This document shows positions 12,001 to 27,000 of a DNA stretch of 64,000 nucleotides, one piece after another. The DNA is taken from contig CM119377.1 in the NCBI GenBank assembly GCA_051294905.1, positions 10,044,001 through 10,108,000 on the forward strand, read 5' to 3'. Under the pieces are notes generated by a model. That model saw only the letters and a program-made list of their open reading frames with translations, was not told where the DNA came from and ran no database searches. The first letter of the stretch is position 1. Each line of letters starts with the position of its first letter. The DNA is from Botryllus schlosseri (lineage: Eukaryota). The translations under genes and the position numbers were made by a program.

Positions 12001-15000
12001 ATACAGAATCGGGCAAAATTGAAAGCGAAAGCTTCATAGCAAGCTTCAGCAAGTTTCTATGAATAATACATCACAAGTCACGCCACTGCTAGACATTCCC
12101 ATTTGATGGACTCACTTGCAATCTTTGCGCTAGGAACATATACTGTGGATCTTTCTCACGGCCAGCCGTAACTTCTGCTCCCGTCTCTTTAATCTTCTTG
12201 TAATCGTCCTGAAAAGAGCGAGGGTTTTAGTCGCATGCGAGAGGCTGTGGACTTGTGAATTCCGTACCTCGTAGTTGTCGATTTCCTGTTTAATAGCGGC
12301 GTGCTGTTGAAGAAGTTTTTCCGCTTCCGGCAAAGTTTGAGGCATGTCTTCGGAGGCGATAGCGGTCTGAGTCTTGGAAAGCCAAGCCTGAAAGCAAAAT
12401 ATTAGTATGTTATGGTATGCTTGAGACACGGCTGGTAGGTCGATAGCCAAAAATTCCGGGTACAATTTCAGGTATGCCCTACCTCTACCTCACTGATGCT
12501 ATCGTCAGTTTGCATAAGTCGCGTAGATACGTCGTGCAACTTCAAAGTTAGCCACCGCCGATCAACTGCTAGAAGTATGAGACCCTTCCACTAAAACTAG
12601 TTTTCCAAATACCTACAGTCCTACCTGACTACATTTCACTTGTCTATGAACAATCGTATCACAGTAATATAGAATGTTCTTGACAATTCTCTGCTATTGA
12701 AGAGCATATTCACATTGAAATGAACCCGAATATTTTCGGCTCACACATGAAATTTAATGCCGGTGACGTTAAATTTTGTGATACGATTGTTGATATGCAT
12801 CGTTCTCTACAATACTCTACTAGCTACTAGTTGCTAACGATTACCCCTGATGAGTGTCAACCGAAAATATTTGGTTCATTTCAATATGAATATACTATTC
12901 GATTGCATTTTGAAGTTTTGTACCTCCAAGAAGCTCTTCAAATTCTCTACTGGTTGCTGATGATTGCCCCTGACGAGTGTCAGCCGAAAATATTCAGGTT
13001 CATTTCAATATTAACATTCTGTTCAATTGTATATTGAAGTTCTGTACCTCTAACAAGCTCTTCCATTACAATAAATCACGTCACAGTTTGGGCGAAGTAT
13101 ACTTGTTTTTGAGGCCGTGTCGACCGTTATTTATAGAGCTAAACTGCTTAGAATGCCACTAAGCTACATTTGAGACACACGCCGTACCTGAAACGCGTCG
13201 AGATTCTGCAGGAACTTCTGCAGGTTTCCGGCCTCGCCGAGAGAGTCCTCGCGTTTCTTCAGTAAATTACGGAGCTCGTCCCAGGCCTCGGTGATTTCGT
13301 CGTACTTGGCGCGAATGTCATCCGCCTCGTCGGGATGCTGCTCGGCCAGGGTCTCGGACTCGTCCTTCAGGCCGTCAAGTTTCGCCTGTGATTGAATATA
13401 CAACAGAAGAGTTACCAAACGGTAATTTACGCACGGGCGTCTATAGACTGCCCGATTCAATCTACAACTGGTAACAGACACAATGATTCCGGTACTCAAA
13501 TCCAAATCAGTATTAATTGTCACGATTAGAGTCGAGTAATCAGAGACTACTTTTTTCATACTCATTTACTCAACATTCCAATAACAATTCCATTATAGAT
13601 CAGAATTACATCTTCAATACTTTTTCTCACCATGCAAGCCATGAAACCTCGGTTGATCATATCACAGCATCAAAAACATCTACCACAGTACAAATCTACA
13701 CACTTTAGTGATAGTTTAGTCTAGTCTCGTCTAGTCAAATAGTCTAGGGGTCGTGATTCCTGGCTCTCGCCTAGGCGGCCCCCGGGTCCGATTCCCGGTC
13801 TGGGAAATGCCATTTAGAGAGAGCCGAACTCTGGAAAGATGGCAGCAAATGACAGAGAAAAAGACCGCAAAGGCATTGAGGTTAATGCATTTTCCGTGCT
13901 AGGCGCAAATGACCCAAGTTGTTAAAAGCGCCAATCACGTGAATAAAACAAACAAACAAACTTTAGTGGAAATCACATTTCTGTAGAGTGGGATCAACCA
14001 ACAGCATTGTCACGGGTACCATGAAATAGCTAGAGTTGAAAAAATGCCAAATTATCTTTACTTGATGTAGAACATAACATAACATGGTTGGGTTATATTT
14101 TTGATCTGAACAAGTCACACACAATGTACAATGCGATAAGACACAATGCGAATTGCGATGTCATGAACAGATAGGAGGATGTAGAACGACACGCATCAGT
14201 AGCGATCCTTTACTCTAACATCCACCTCGGCCTAGAGTGCCCGATGTCACAGTTCTTTTTTCGATGTTGATCTCTTTGAAGCCGCGGCCCTTTCTACTAG
14301 TTCTTTTCCATTCATTGTGAGTGCTTTCTTTCGTCGGGTCTTTTCTGGGCTTTTTTTGTCGCCGTAAGAACGGCAACGGCAGGGGAAGAGGAGCCCAGAT
14401 AAACCTCTGACGGGAATCGAACGCGGTTCGTCTGCGTACTGGGCGCTTATCGTAACCACTACACTATCTCCCCCGCCGCATTATTTTCTTTGTGATCATA
14501 TAAAAGGTTCATATTAAATCTCTCCACATCGTCAATACCCTTGTATGACATTGTGTGAGTAATATTTAAATACTTGACTCAATTTTAAGCTAAATTAATA
14601 CTCATTCGTAATCAAATCTCTTAGCTGCTGAATTATACGAACAAACAATGTTAATTGAAGATTTTTAGAAATCGACAGAGTGAAACCAGCAGAATTTGCG
14701 TAAATACGCAGAGTTCACCAAAAAGTTGAACACTGCACAAAATTTCACCTCAATCGCGGCCAGGTCCCTTTCCATACTCGACAGTTTCCTCTGCAGCGCC
14801 ATCACTCCCGCCAGGTCATTGGTCAGATCCTCGGTGGAGCCGACCAATCGCGTCTTCTCCTTGATCCATGCCTTGGTCTCGTCGCACTCCAGCTGATATT
14901 TCTGGATGCCCTGCGCCGAAGTCAGAGCCTCTCGACGCGATTCGAGCAACGCGCGAAGCTCGTTCCATCTGTCATGAGGTTTGACGTGCAGACTTTGAAT

Positions 15001-18000
15001 AATCGGTGGTAAAGGGGAACTTACCTTGCGTTCGTATGGTTGAGTTTCTCGGTAATTTCGTCTTTGTCGGGGTGATCGCCCGCTTGCAGTTGCCGGGCCA
15101 GTTGGTTGACGATTGCGATTTGCGGCGCGTGCTTGTTAATTTCGTTCTCATAACCTGTGAAATCGAAATAGGAAGTATAACACCCGCAGATGAACATGTA
15201 ATGAAACCGCACAGACAACACGCTTCTTATTTCCGAATCTAATTTCCAGAATCAAAATTCATATCCCAATCCAGTAATCATAAGCTATTTCGTTTGCAAC
15301 TGAGTCCAAAGCAGCAAAACTGAATCAAGCCAGTCCAATAAAACGCGTCCCGATTAAGTTAAAATTGGTATTTTTATTTTTCGAAAATCCACTCGCTTAA
15401 ATGTCAAATATCGAATTTCAAAGCAATTTTTGAACTAAAAAACCGAAATCGGGATGAAATTAACACATTTGGAGCAAGGATGCTAGGCGTACGCTAAAGT
15501 AGTTTACGCCTGATACGACGTGTGCATATTTTAATCAGGCTCCACAAAAATGCAACCAAGCCAACAGCACTATTATATAACGAGCCGTGCATCATAACGA
15601 AACAACCCACCGTCAAATCGGTGCTGTATCAATTCCATGTCTTCGATATTATCGGGAATCGCCAGCGACTTCAAAACCTGTTCTTTCGCGTCGATCCAAG
15701 CCAGCGAAGTATCCGCTTGACCCAGGAATTGATACAACGACCTATCAACGTAACAACGAAAATTGAACCACGCAATCAATCGATTCCCATCAGGGCCGTA
15801 AGTCGTAATGCACTCACTTTGCGTCGTTCAATTTCTGTTTTCTATCTTTGGAATCTGCCAGCAATTGTTTGTAATGACGGTCGATGGCGTCGAGACGTTC
15901 TTTCACTTCGTCGGAATCGCGCTGGTTCTCTGGAAGCTTTTCAGCCTGCCGAACATTTACGGTTTTCCATTATTGCCAAGCTCACCAATATAGTAAGAGA
16001 CTAACAAACAGTATAGTCAAACTCAAGCGAAATCACAAAACCTGTTCGGTTTCTATGCCTCAAATTGTCAAGATACCGTTATCTGTTAATTAATACAACC
16101 GATCGTTGTAGTACAATTCATTGCTGACTAGTGATTTTATGTGTGTCGATGTTGAGATGATTTTGGACGAAATCGTGTTAGAAAAAGGTAGCGAGACGAA
16201 GGGGATCAACCTGAACTTTGATCTCGATTCAGAATTGAACCCGGATCAAAGTTAATCTCGGGATTACCTCAACGCAAGAATATGAAATTCGCCCGCTCTC
16301 AGATAGCACTGGTTAGGCATATCACCTGTTCGTTGAGGGCTTCGATCTGAGTCGCGAATTCCTGCACTTCCTTCTGCACTTCATTGTGTTTCTTCAACAG
16401 CGTACCGACGGACGCCTCGTCGCGTCCACAGTCGTCTGTCGACACCAGGCGGTGGGTATCGTCAAGCCACGCCTCCACGTCATCCGCGTCGACGTAAAAC
16501 TATAAATTACAAAAATAAAAAATATAATATCTCCACTTCCATAATCTCACATGGCTCGTGTGTGAAAATAGCGATCCGAAACAACTGCAGTAATTGGCAT
16601 AGATCGCATAAAACACATTAGTTATACCTTCAGGATAGTTGTATTGTGCGGTACTTCGACACCGAACCATTCAACAAATACTGCATAATTTATTACTCTC
16701 TAACACATGGATATAGGGTTCAAATTGGACTTTTTGATATCCCCGCCAATGCAACTAACTGACGAACTGTCTCTGATTATTTTAGTAAACAATTTCACTT
16801 TTTCTGCTAAACTTTTCTGTGCTAAGATGCGCGCAATGGCACCCGACGAAAAGCGTCCACGAAGTTGGCACAGCCTTGCATGAGGTCTTTGTCGAGTGTT
16901 ACTGCATAGACCGTAATCACCCATCTTGTGTTAAGAGGAACGGAGTGCAGTTTATTGCGCCACAACCGATTGAAGCAAAGAATTGTCCAAATTAACCAGT
17001 GCAATTTCGACTTTCGTTCCGAGTTTTTGGGCGAATAAAGCGGCTGACCAGGTCATCCGGTGCCCGAATTAACCTGAGTCGACTGTATTTGCATTTTTAT
17101 CTAGTTTTAGTTATTTCCATATTTCACAATATTTGACTCCGCCTTTGCAGTACTCATTGCATTATAATATACTTACTATACACTGCCGCATCTTTAATGT
17201 ACACTACTTTCACCACCTTTGGTTCTGATGCTCTACTATTTTGAATGCCTCGCTATTTTGCCCGGACACCATTTCATATTAGGCAAATACGGATAACACA
17301 ATATCTTTCTTTGTCATTTCACCGACCTGGAACAGCTCGCTGGCGTCCTCCAGCCTCTTCCTACGAGTCTTAGCCAGAGCTTCCAGGTTTTCCCATCTCC
17401 CTTCCACTTCATCGATTCTGTCTTTGATATCGTTCGACGCGTAATGGTCCTCCGCGATCAGCGTTTCTCCTGATTTGATGGACTGGTCCAGCATGACTTT
17501 ACGCCCGGCCATCTCGTCTTCCAACGCCTGGAAATGCGAATGTGAAATGTGATGATGGATCGGAAGAGATTATAGATTGAAGGAAGTATTTATGTACATT
17601 TTTTAGATGAGGAGTCCCTCCGTGTACCAGTGTTGGGATCAAGTCACTACCTTCGAGTCACGAGTCATTTCGAGTCATTGCACATTTTGACTCGAGTCAA
17701 GTCAAGTCAATCGATTTTCGAAGGTGACTCGAGTCAAGTCAAGTCACTCGAGTTTTCGAGGTGACTCGAGTCAAGTCGAGTCAAGTCAAGTCACGAGTCA
17801 AGTCACAATTCAAGTCAAGTATCCTTTTCAAAGTAGGAGGCATGATTACGTCATTGTATTTTTCCAGCTGTTTGAAATACAGATTGAGTGGTCATTGATT
17901 ATGAATCTATGAACGAATATAGAGTTAAATATGCACGTATGAAGGCGCTGTATATCGCTCACATATACGTAGAACTGTTAATCTACGTATACGTACGCAT

Positions 18001-21000
18001 AGCCTCAGTTTATAGTTACCGCCCGAAATAGAGAATAGACAAACGTATATGGATAAGATGCAATACATTATCCATTTATACATATTGATATGATACAATT
18101 CGAGCCTGCGCCAATGGTTGAGGAGTTCAATTTCAATAAAACAATAAATAGATATTTTGCTATTAAATTACTTTACTACTAGTTTAAGACAACGTAAGCC
18201 GAAAGCTTCGATCACTTCGTTTATGGTCAATTTATTTGCGAGAGAACAATGGAGGCTCGGTAAAACGCACAATCATTGAATGATTGGTCGCTCTCGCGGG
18301 TAACACCAGCGTTTCGCGAGCAATCCGAACATATGCAAGATACACAGATTTTTATCGACACCGATTACTTGATGACTTGAAATTGACTCGTGAGTTTTGC
18401 TCCGAGTCACGAGTCAATCCACATTTCTGATGTGCCGAGTCAAGTCAAGTCAAGTCATTTTAGCAAAGTGACTCGAGTCAAGTCAAGTCATACGAAAAAG
18501 GTGACTCGAGTCTGACTCGGGTCAAGTCATGACTCGAGTCATCCCAACACTGCCGTGTACTAGTTTCAAGGGCTACAACTGTAAAACTACATTGCCGGCA
18601 AAAGTGACGAGTGATGGCCTGTCTTTGCAAGTCATTAGCTAGCTTTTTAGGCAGCAACTAAATCAGACGACAATGAGGCATCAGGACTAGCGGATGATCA
18701 CGTCTATGACAAATTTTCTCCGACTAAACCACAATAAAAATTCGAGGAGAACCAAGGTTAAGAACAGGTTAAGAACCCCCCCGTTCTCGTGGTTGCAAAG
18801 GCCTATAACCAAATTAGACATTGGCCACGGTGATTGCAAGACTTAAATTAGGTACCGACAACATGTAAGAATTGTCAATATCCAATTCAAGTAGAAAAAT
18901 TTCGGATCATCAAATAAATTTTGTCAAAATGATCACATGCAAACTCATTGCGTGTATATTTTAGTGATTTTAGCGTTATTTTGGACTTTCTCTCAGCCAA
19001 GCTCGAGATTAACTCAAACATACCAGACCTAGCTAGTAGCTACATCAGAAACCCATTTCGTGAGACGCACGCCATTTACTACAGGCATTGGTGTTCACGG
19101 GTCACAGATACGGTTGCGCCAAAACGTACTTGCGCGATTCGATTCTGAATCGAGTCGAGTATCGCTCGTTATGATGACATAACAGTACGAATGATGTGGA
19201 AAGTTCATATATGTATATTTCTGTAATGAAGAATATAATGCCAACTGTACATCAGTTTTTGACCCTACATACCGACAAGATAGCGTAATGGTAAAGCGTC
19301 CGGCTTCTTGATCGGTAGGTCGTGGGTTCGATCCCCGGCCGGGTCAGACCAAAGACCTGATTACTAACACTGGTATCCATGACTTCCCTGCTTGGCGCTC
19401 ATGCATTAATGGGATAGGATGGAGGGGTGGTGCAAGACTTAGAAAGCCGTAAAAGGCTATATCTGTACCTTCCTTGTCCAGCGGCATATCGTGTGTATGT
19501 GTATCATGAGTCTGTGTACATGCCGCAAAAACATCAAGGACAAAAATAACTACGTCCTTTCCTTTACTTCATTGTTACTTATGGCTGCAGGAGTGCGGGT
19601 AGATCACGACTTTATAGGTGTGTCATTTCCACTAATATGTGAAACTTTTTACTCCATATTTCCATAATGGAAAAGAGAGTATTTAAAATATAATTCCCGT
19701 TGACAATTAACTGTCAGTAGCAAGGAGCGTATCATTTCAGTACTCGAAAAAACCTTCTCTCATTACTCGACTCGGATCATTCGAAATAATACTCAATACA
19801 GAGTACTCGAATCATTGCGTTCGGCCCGAGTCACAAACCCCTGGCCTAAGTCTGGCGTTATACCTTGTGCTTATTCAGCAGCGACTGCGCGCTTGTGAGA
19901 TCGCGACCAAAGTCATCAGAGGTGACGACGCTCTCTTTCTCCCTGCACCAAGCCATCTCCTCCGACATCTCCGAGAAGAACTGATGCAGACACTTGGACT
20001 CGTCCAGTTTGGCGCGCCGCCTGGCGGCCAACTTCAGCAGATCGTCGTAAGTGGCTCGGACGTGGTCGCGGCGGTCCTTGACAATGACCGGGTCGCAAGC
20101 GATGTAGTCTGAAATAAGACGCTTTGTTATAACCAGCGGGCGCATAACCAGCCGAGAGAAAAGTAGGGAGAGGTGAAACAAAAGGGAGGGAGGAGGGAAG
20201 TCTTCAATCAATTTAATCAGGTTAAATCTACGTACATTGTACAAATACAAATTCAACGAGGATCAGATAATCTTGCTCATGCTAGTGTCTCTATACAAAT
20301 AAACATATGACAGTTAAAGTATATTTAATATTTTAATAGACTTCATTACCTACATCACTATATATGAATATATGACTTACTCACAATGCTCGGTAAGGGA
20401 ATCACGAATAAATTTGAGTGCCCTACTGATGACTGAAAGTGGGGCATAATTCAGTAGGAAGAATCGTTAATTATGAAGATTTAGGTCGTTAACTTGAGAC
20501 AGTGTACAGCAGTGGCATGAGGAAGCAATAAGAACAAAATGTGAATGCATTCAGAATAAGGAATAAGCATATTAGGCTACTCTCTCCAAACAGCAATAAA
20601 GGATTTTAAAAGGGGGCAGAGTCAAAATAGTAGGGATGGTGTGAACCTCTGAAAGGTTCAGGTTCGTGTGAACGCGAACCTTTTTGAAAGGTTCTGTGTG
20701 AACACGAACGTGAACCTCGTGACGTCACGTGACGTCATATTGCTAATTCCAACCCTATCTTCCAATGAAGTGATAGCCTATATTAATGTACACGATACCT
20801 AGTGAAGACTCGGTCCACATAATGCCACAATGCTGAAGTACATATCGGCGTTCTAAATGTCGCTAAATGTATCAACAGCGGTAATCAAAGAATATAATAA
20901 TTGCGTAAAATCAATACATTCCGTCACTTTGCCAACAATTTCGACGAGGACTTAGCAAGGAATATAAGCTTACGCCTTAACGGTCTTAGCCAGACCCGAC

Positions 21001-24000
21001 AATGTGTTCGGAGTCTGAGTATTGCTACATTAATATTGAGCAGAGTGTACAACAGGTTTCAATACTCGCTACCGCTACCTTGAACAACAACAAGTTATGC
21101 AGCAGTAGCAAGCACCTTAATCGCACGGATTTGGTTTTAATGATACAGTAAAGATATGAAGTAAAGATTGATCCCGTACGCCCGTTCGATTTTTAACATC
21201 AGAAGACGATATCAATGTCATTGATTGGTTGAATAAGCATCATGCGCTGACTACGTTCATCGCTCGTGATGTTGTGTGATTGCGGGTCAAGCTCACAGCA
21301 GATAGTCACTAAATATTCACAAACGGAAAGCTTGTTATTCCGAGAAAATTTTTGCAACAAAGCAACTAAAACTTTTTAGGTTGTCGAGGTACATGGTGCA
21401 TGCTCGTTAAGCGTTGATTTTTTATGCTGCCAACACCATGCATGGAGTGGCCCGAAGTTGAAATGCAATAAATTTGAGTTAAAGATCTTATAATGGAGTG
21501 AAAATTACAATTTACCAAAAGGTTCACAGTGCATAACCTACCAAGGTTCTGTTGTGAACACGAACCTCTAAATTTCCGAGGTTCACACACAGAACGCGAA
21601 CGTGAACCTCACGTTCACACCATCCCTACAAACTAGGTAAGCGGGTAGAGGGTCATCTGATCAACACCCCTTTCTACGTCACTGATAACTGGGACTGTTC
21701 TTTTCGCCCGAGAGTGGAAGTAACGATGGATTTCGGCCCGTCGACATCAGAAAGTGCATCGCCATACTAACTTCGGCGGGCCGATAAAATATCAAGGACC
21801 CTCTATTTTCAACGCAGCGTAACAAAATTGCAAAGAATATAAACCGAACGTAATTTGTGCCACGAGCATCACAGATTACAATCGCGACACAGCAAATTAC
21901 GTCATTGCACAGAAGGGAAATAACCCATGATAACGCTACCAGTAGTGTACTATACCCTTACCCCAATCAAATGTGATATCTGTATTCCCCAAACTAGCTT
22001 TACCCGATTTCAACTCACCGTCCTCCATTGGTTCCATGAATTTTTCGCTCATGGCTTCCAGCGCTTTCACGCGGTCGCCGTGGACGACAATGTCCTGCTC
22101 GATGAGGGTGTGTTTCTGACGCAAGTCTTCCACGCCCATCAGATGTTGCCCGTAATCTTCAGACTCGAGCTGTTCCTACGAGAGGAAGAGAGGCACGAAG
22201 ATGTAAAACGTGAAAACGGTCAAAATTTCGAGGGACCCCAGTTTGAAACGTACGTTCAGGGCCTTACAAGTCGCAAAACTGAACCGAGAAAAGCACAGCA
22301 CCTACTATAACTAACGTTGAAACAAGATAGATACATATGTTGCATTTGCGACTAGCGCCGTCCGTGAGTATTTCACGGTTACGATACACTGGAAGAAGGT
22401 ACTAGCAACAACACTAAAAAGGCAAGTGCACGGGTAGACCTAGCGAGCAGGGCCTTGTTTCATGACCGGGGGCAATTTTTTTGATGAAATTGGTTAGGGA
22501 AATAGTGAAGACATTGCACACGGCATCAAAAACTGTCATAAATTGGGGATTGATGGCAACAACATCAGCAAACTCTCCGATCCGACAAATATAATAAAAT
22601 TTTATTTCCCACTGCAATTTAGAGAAATAAAACGAGATATTCAAAGTGTTTTAGAAAGTTACAACCAAAACACAATTTGGAATGCTGCATGACGAGACAT
22701 AGAGTTGATGTTTTAATTTTGACTTACCCTATATCACAATGCGGCAAGGTTTCGTACCAAACTTTTGAAAAGTAGCCCAAAACTCGTTAGGGACTAGTAC
22801 TATGTGAAAGACTATGTGAAGACTCTTCAAATAAAAATTGATCAGTATCAAGATTACAATTTAGAGGCATGGGACGCTGTAATAGAATATAGCAAAGTGG
22901 GAAGACAACTAACTTCCACAATCAATATCGGCGTTTTGACAGGAATCTGACTTGCAGAAACTTGAATATAGAGCCACACATAAATCAACAGCCGCATATT
23001 TCTCAAAAAATTAAATTTCATTCCGGTATAATATGATTTTTGCCGGCCAACAAAACGCGTATTTATATTCGGCCCAATTGGCCGGTACGCAAGCTGATAA
23101 AGCTTGAGAACTACTGCCATAAAGTCCCTGTCTTATCGATCGTAAATTTAATTACTTTGATTTCTTCCATCCACTCCACGAGCGATAACATTTCCTGGAA
23201 CATTTGCTGCAGTTCGACGTTGAGTTCGAGTCGTGCGCGTCTGCCCCGTAACAGCTCCAGTAGCCGTTCCCATAATTCCAGTACATTTTCTTTTCTGATA
23301 GAAAATAACACTGAATGTGAACACTCCCGGCAAGTACGAGTAACGTTCAAAATAATTTATACTAAAATGTAAAGAGTGAGAACCTCAGTCAGACCTGTGC
23401 AAAGTGCGGAACGCGAAAGGTTGCTTGGAATTCAAAACATAAAACTTGCTTTTCGAATGACGAAAACCATAGGCTGTATCAACTGAACAGGAAATTTGTT
23501 TACTTTGAAGCCTGTTCATTAATATGACACGATTACGGTGCCTACGTACCTCACATGCGTAATCCAGATTCCAAATAAAGGCAATGTGGTAAGGTATGAT
23601 TAGCAATTTAAAGTCACAAGAAATCACTCTTTCCATATAGTTTACTTCAAACCTTCATTGTTGCCATTGTCACAATTACGCTTTATACGGTATGTGTTTC
23701 AAATTGTTAATACGTTTCCAAATCCCTAATTCATAAAACAAGTCAATTAGTAATCGCGGTTACTATATGACTCATGATATCTATCACTCATAAAGGATTA
23801 ACGGGCACGCCAAAAAAGAAAGTCGGAAACTGAAATTCAAAGAAGGTGTAGACTTCAAAGCACTAAATATTTGTATATTGGAGTAAACCCGTCCTTTAGT
23901 TTTTGTTGAGCATGTCGCCAAGATTAAGGATTTTAAGTAATGTCGGTCTTATGACAAAAAGCATGATACACTCGGTCAAGGGAGGGCGAAATTCCGAAAA

Positions 24001-27000
24001 ACTGCAAGCTTCGCTCAACATCAAGGCTATTTAAGCTGCACACGGTTCGGAAGGCAGCGACCAACAAAATAAGCTTTGTACTATTGCATATACGTATCAG
24101 TGCAGTGGTTCTCGAACTGGGGTGCGTGAAAGCATCAGAAGGGGGGGGGCGAAGCCCAAGCTTATTTTTTCGCGCTCCGCGCAATTTAACCCCAGCATAC
24201 AGTTATTGCTCTGTGTATTGTCCGACTCTGATATTTCAGAATTCACTCATCAACAGCCATAAATTTCACTGTCATCAAACTATCCGTTGGTATTGCTAGC
24301 ATTCTGATTGCATTTTTTAATATTTCGTGATATCATGATAAGGGGGGCGTGAAATTTTTCACTATCATAAAGAGAGGCGTGCCTAAAAGAGTTTGAGAAC
24401 CACTGTTTTAGAGTCTTCATAGAATAACGTGGATAGGGGTTTAAATAGAGTTAAAATGTATCATGTTTAACATTGTCTCGAATCCCAACCGTCACTTTCT
24501 CATTACCTGACCACACATTCATTGAGCAGCATTTATTAACAATTTAATTTAAAAATGGAATTAAAATACGCCGGAGAATATAGCTAAAAATTTTCACTCG
24601 GCCCGCCAACTTCTCATTTGGCCCGCGGACGAAAATAATTGCCCAACCCTGACCGAGGTAGTGTGTACAATGGTACAGCTGTGTTATGCAAGATTTAATC
24701 GGTATGACCAGAAAGCACTGAAAACAAAGGCTGTTCACAGTAGTATAACATTGCCAAATTCAATCAAATTACTGTGGTAGCTTGATGTTTGCGGAAGGGT
24801 TCCAATCTTGAATACTAGCTACCTATAAAACCTATAACTGGCACCCCACTGAGAACCTTGATATATTCAGACGATATTCACAAGAAATCAGGATTTAATA
24901 CCTGGCGTTGATCCGTTTGATGTCATGATAGTTCTCGGACTCTAATTCGGTCGCTACGGCCACCACGGCTTGCACGCGTTCCTCGTAGCCTTTGACGTCG
25001 GTCTCGATGGCCTCGTGTTTTTTCGTGGCAGCTTCCACCGCTTGAAGGTCGATTCCAAAATTATCCTTAACGATCGAATAAAAATTATTTCATCTTTAAG
25101 ATGTACAAAAAGGGCCCTATAGAATACATTTAAGGTCTTCAACAGTCACGGTGAAATTACAATTACCACAACCATAAACCATAAAAAGCGGTCGACTTTA
25201 ATTTCTGAAATATACACGCAGAAATGGACTGATATTCTACACACAGGGCCATCTATTATGCAAGGTAACCACGGTAGTTCAAAGACAAACCGGGCAAATT
25301 GTTGAAATCTCAACGCAATTACCAGCTATAATGATGACATATAACTGTAAATCATACCAAATCATGCAAGTAGAGTACGCCCAATAAATAAGTCTTACAA
25401 CTCATCATCAAATGACTCGGCAAGGCACTCAAATCAATGTAATAAAAATTGAAGAACAAAATATTTTAATGACAGGCATGATTACCACGTTAAATTTATG
25501 ATGCATGCACATTGCAGAGTACAGAGGCACACGCAAACAGGGTCTCAATTATACTCAACTATATCGATAGAATGACTCCAAATGCAATGATACCAAATGT
25601 ATACGTACAATTGATTCTTGGGAACAAGTAATATTACAATTACAACTGCTTCAGGTTAGGACATAACAGAATACTTTGTGATCTGATCATAATTAAGAGA
25701 CAAATATTGAACAATTGGACAAAACCAGGCACATGGCGTCATTCCATGGCTCAGTTGGCACACACACAGCTAGTATTTACCACTTCGAAGGCGAATTCCT
25801 TGAAAACATGAAAATACATCGGAATTATTCACAGCTACCATATTTTCCGTTCGTTTCGGTGAGTAACAGTACCAACAAGTAGTATTCAGTGAAAATAGTA
25901 TAGGTATGTGTCGAGGTTCCTTGAGCCTTTACCCAAATACGTGAAAAATCTCATGTAAGGAATCATTGGACGGATGAAACAATATATCTCTAAATATACG
26001 TCTTTATTTGAGACCTTTAGCCTTTAGAATGATGGCACAGTAACCACCATGTCAGGTACGCAGTGTCACGAGATGTAAGTTCAAACGGATGGAAATCTAC
26101 AAAATCCCACACAACTCCGATAACAAATCACAGCATGAGAAAACCCTCACAGAATGGCATCGTTTGACTTACCGTGTCATCCTAAAAGTCAAGTATAAAG
26201 CGAAACAATGTTATTGCCGACACTTGTAAACCATTGTAGGCGGTGAATTTCGCAAGTGCCGCGTCGCGTTAACAAAATCGCAATGATAAATCAAATACGG
26301 CATACGATCAAAGTCTGTAGCGAATTCGTGTGCGACAGGAAATCAATGATAGCCGAGTACTTCCTTCCACGTAACAAAAATATCAGTCGTCATACCTGTG
26401 ACACGAGTTTCTGATTGTCGCTAAGCCAGGTTTCGCGCATGGCGGCCTTGCGATCGAACCTGCTTGCGAGCTGCTCGAGACGCTCTTGACGGATTAATTC
26501 CTTCCGTAACGCGAGTTCGCGTTCGTGTTCCGCTTTTTCGAGACGTTCCCAGGCCTGCGACGGGAAAGATTTGGGACCCGAAAATTGGACTGCATAGATC
26601 TTACAATTTCAATTTGTAATATCGATTATGATGATGGTAGCTGGATGTTAAACCACGATGACCCAAGTCAGGTGTACAAAGGAAAATCATATGATAACCA
26701 TGAATGATAGCTGTGCATTGTTTTTATACATATTTCGGAAAACACAAATTCAATGATATCTTGCAATATGATGTGAAATCAAATTTGGAAACGGACTATA
26801 AAATACATCTAAAAGAATTAGACAAATCCCTGATTCGGTTTCAAGTGGATTTTAATGCTTTACGTGAATCTTTCAAGATTTACTTATGCAATTTTACAAT
26901 CATCTCAGCTCGATATGGCAACTTCAAACCAACGTGTATATATCACCACTGCCTTTGTGCGATAATGGTGTTGGTTGGTAAAATATCACTGAAACTTTTA

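Noticed and set aside
13734-13806. tRNA-Glu gene (also tRNA-like heads at 14404-14472, 19271-19340, 62350-62410)
   Set aside because: Acceptor and anticodon stems are broken, and each is followed by a SINE body or tail
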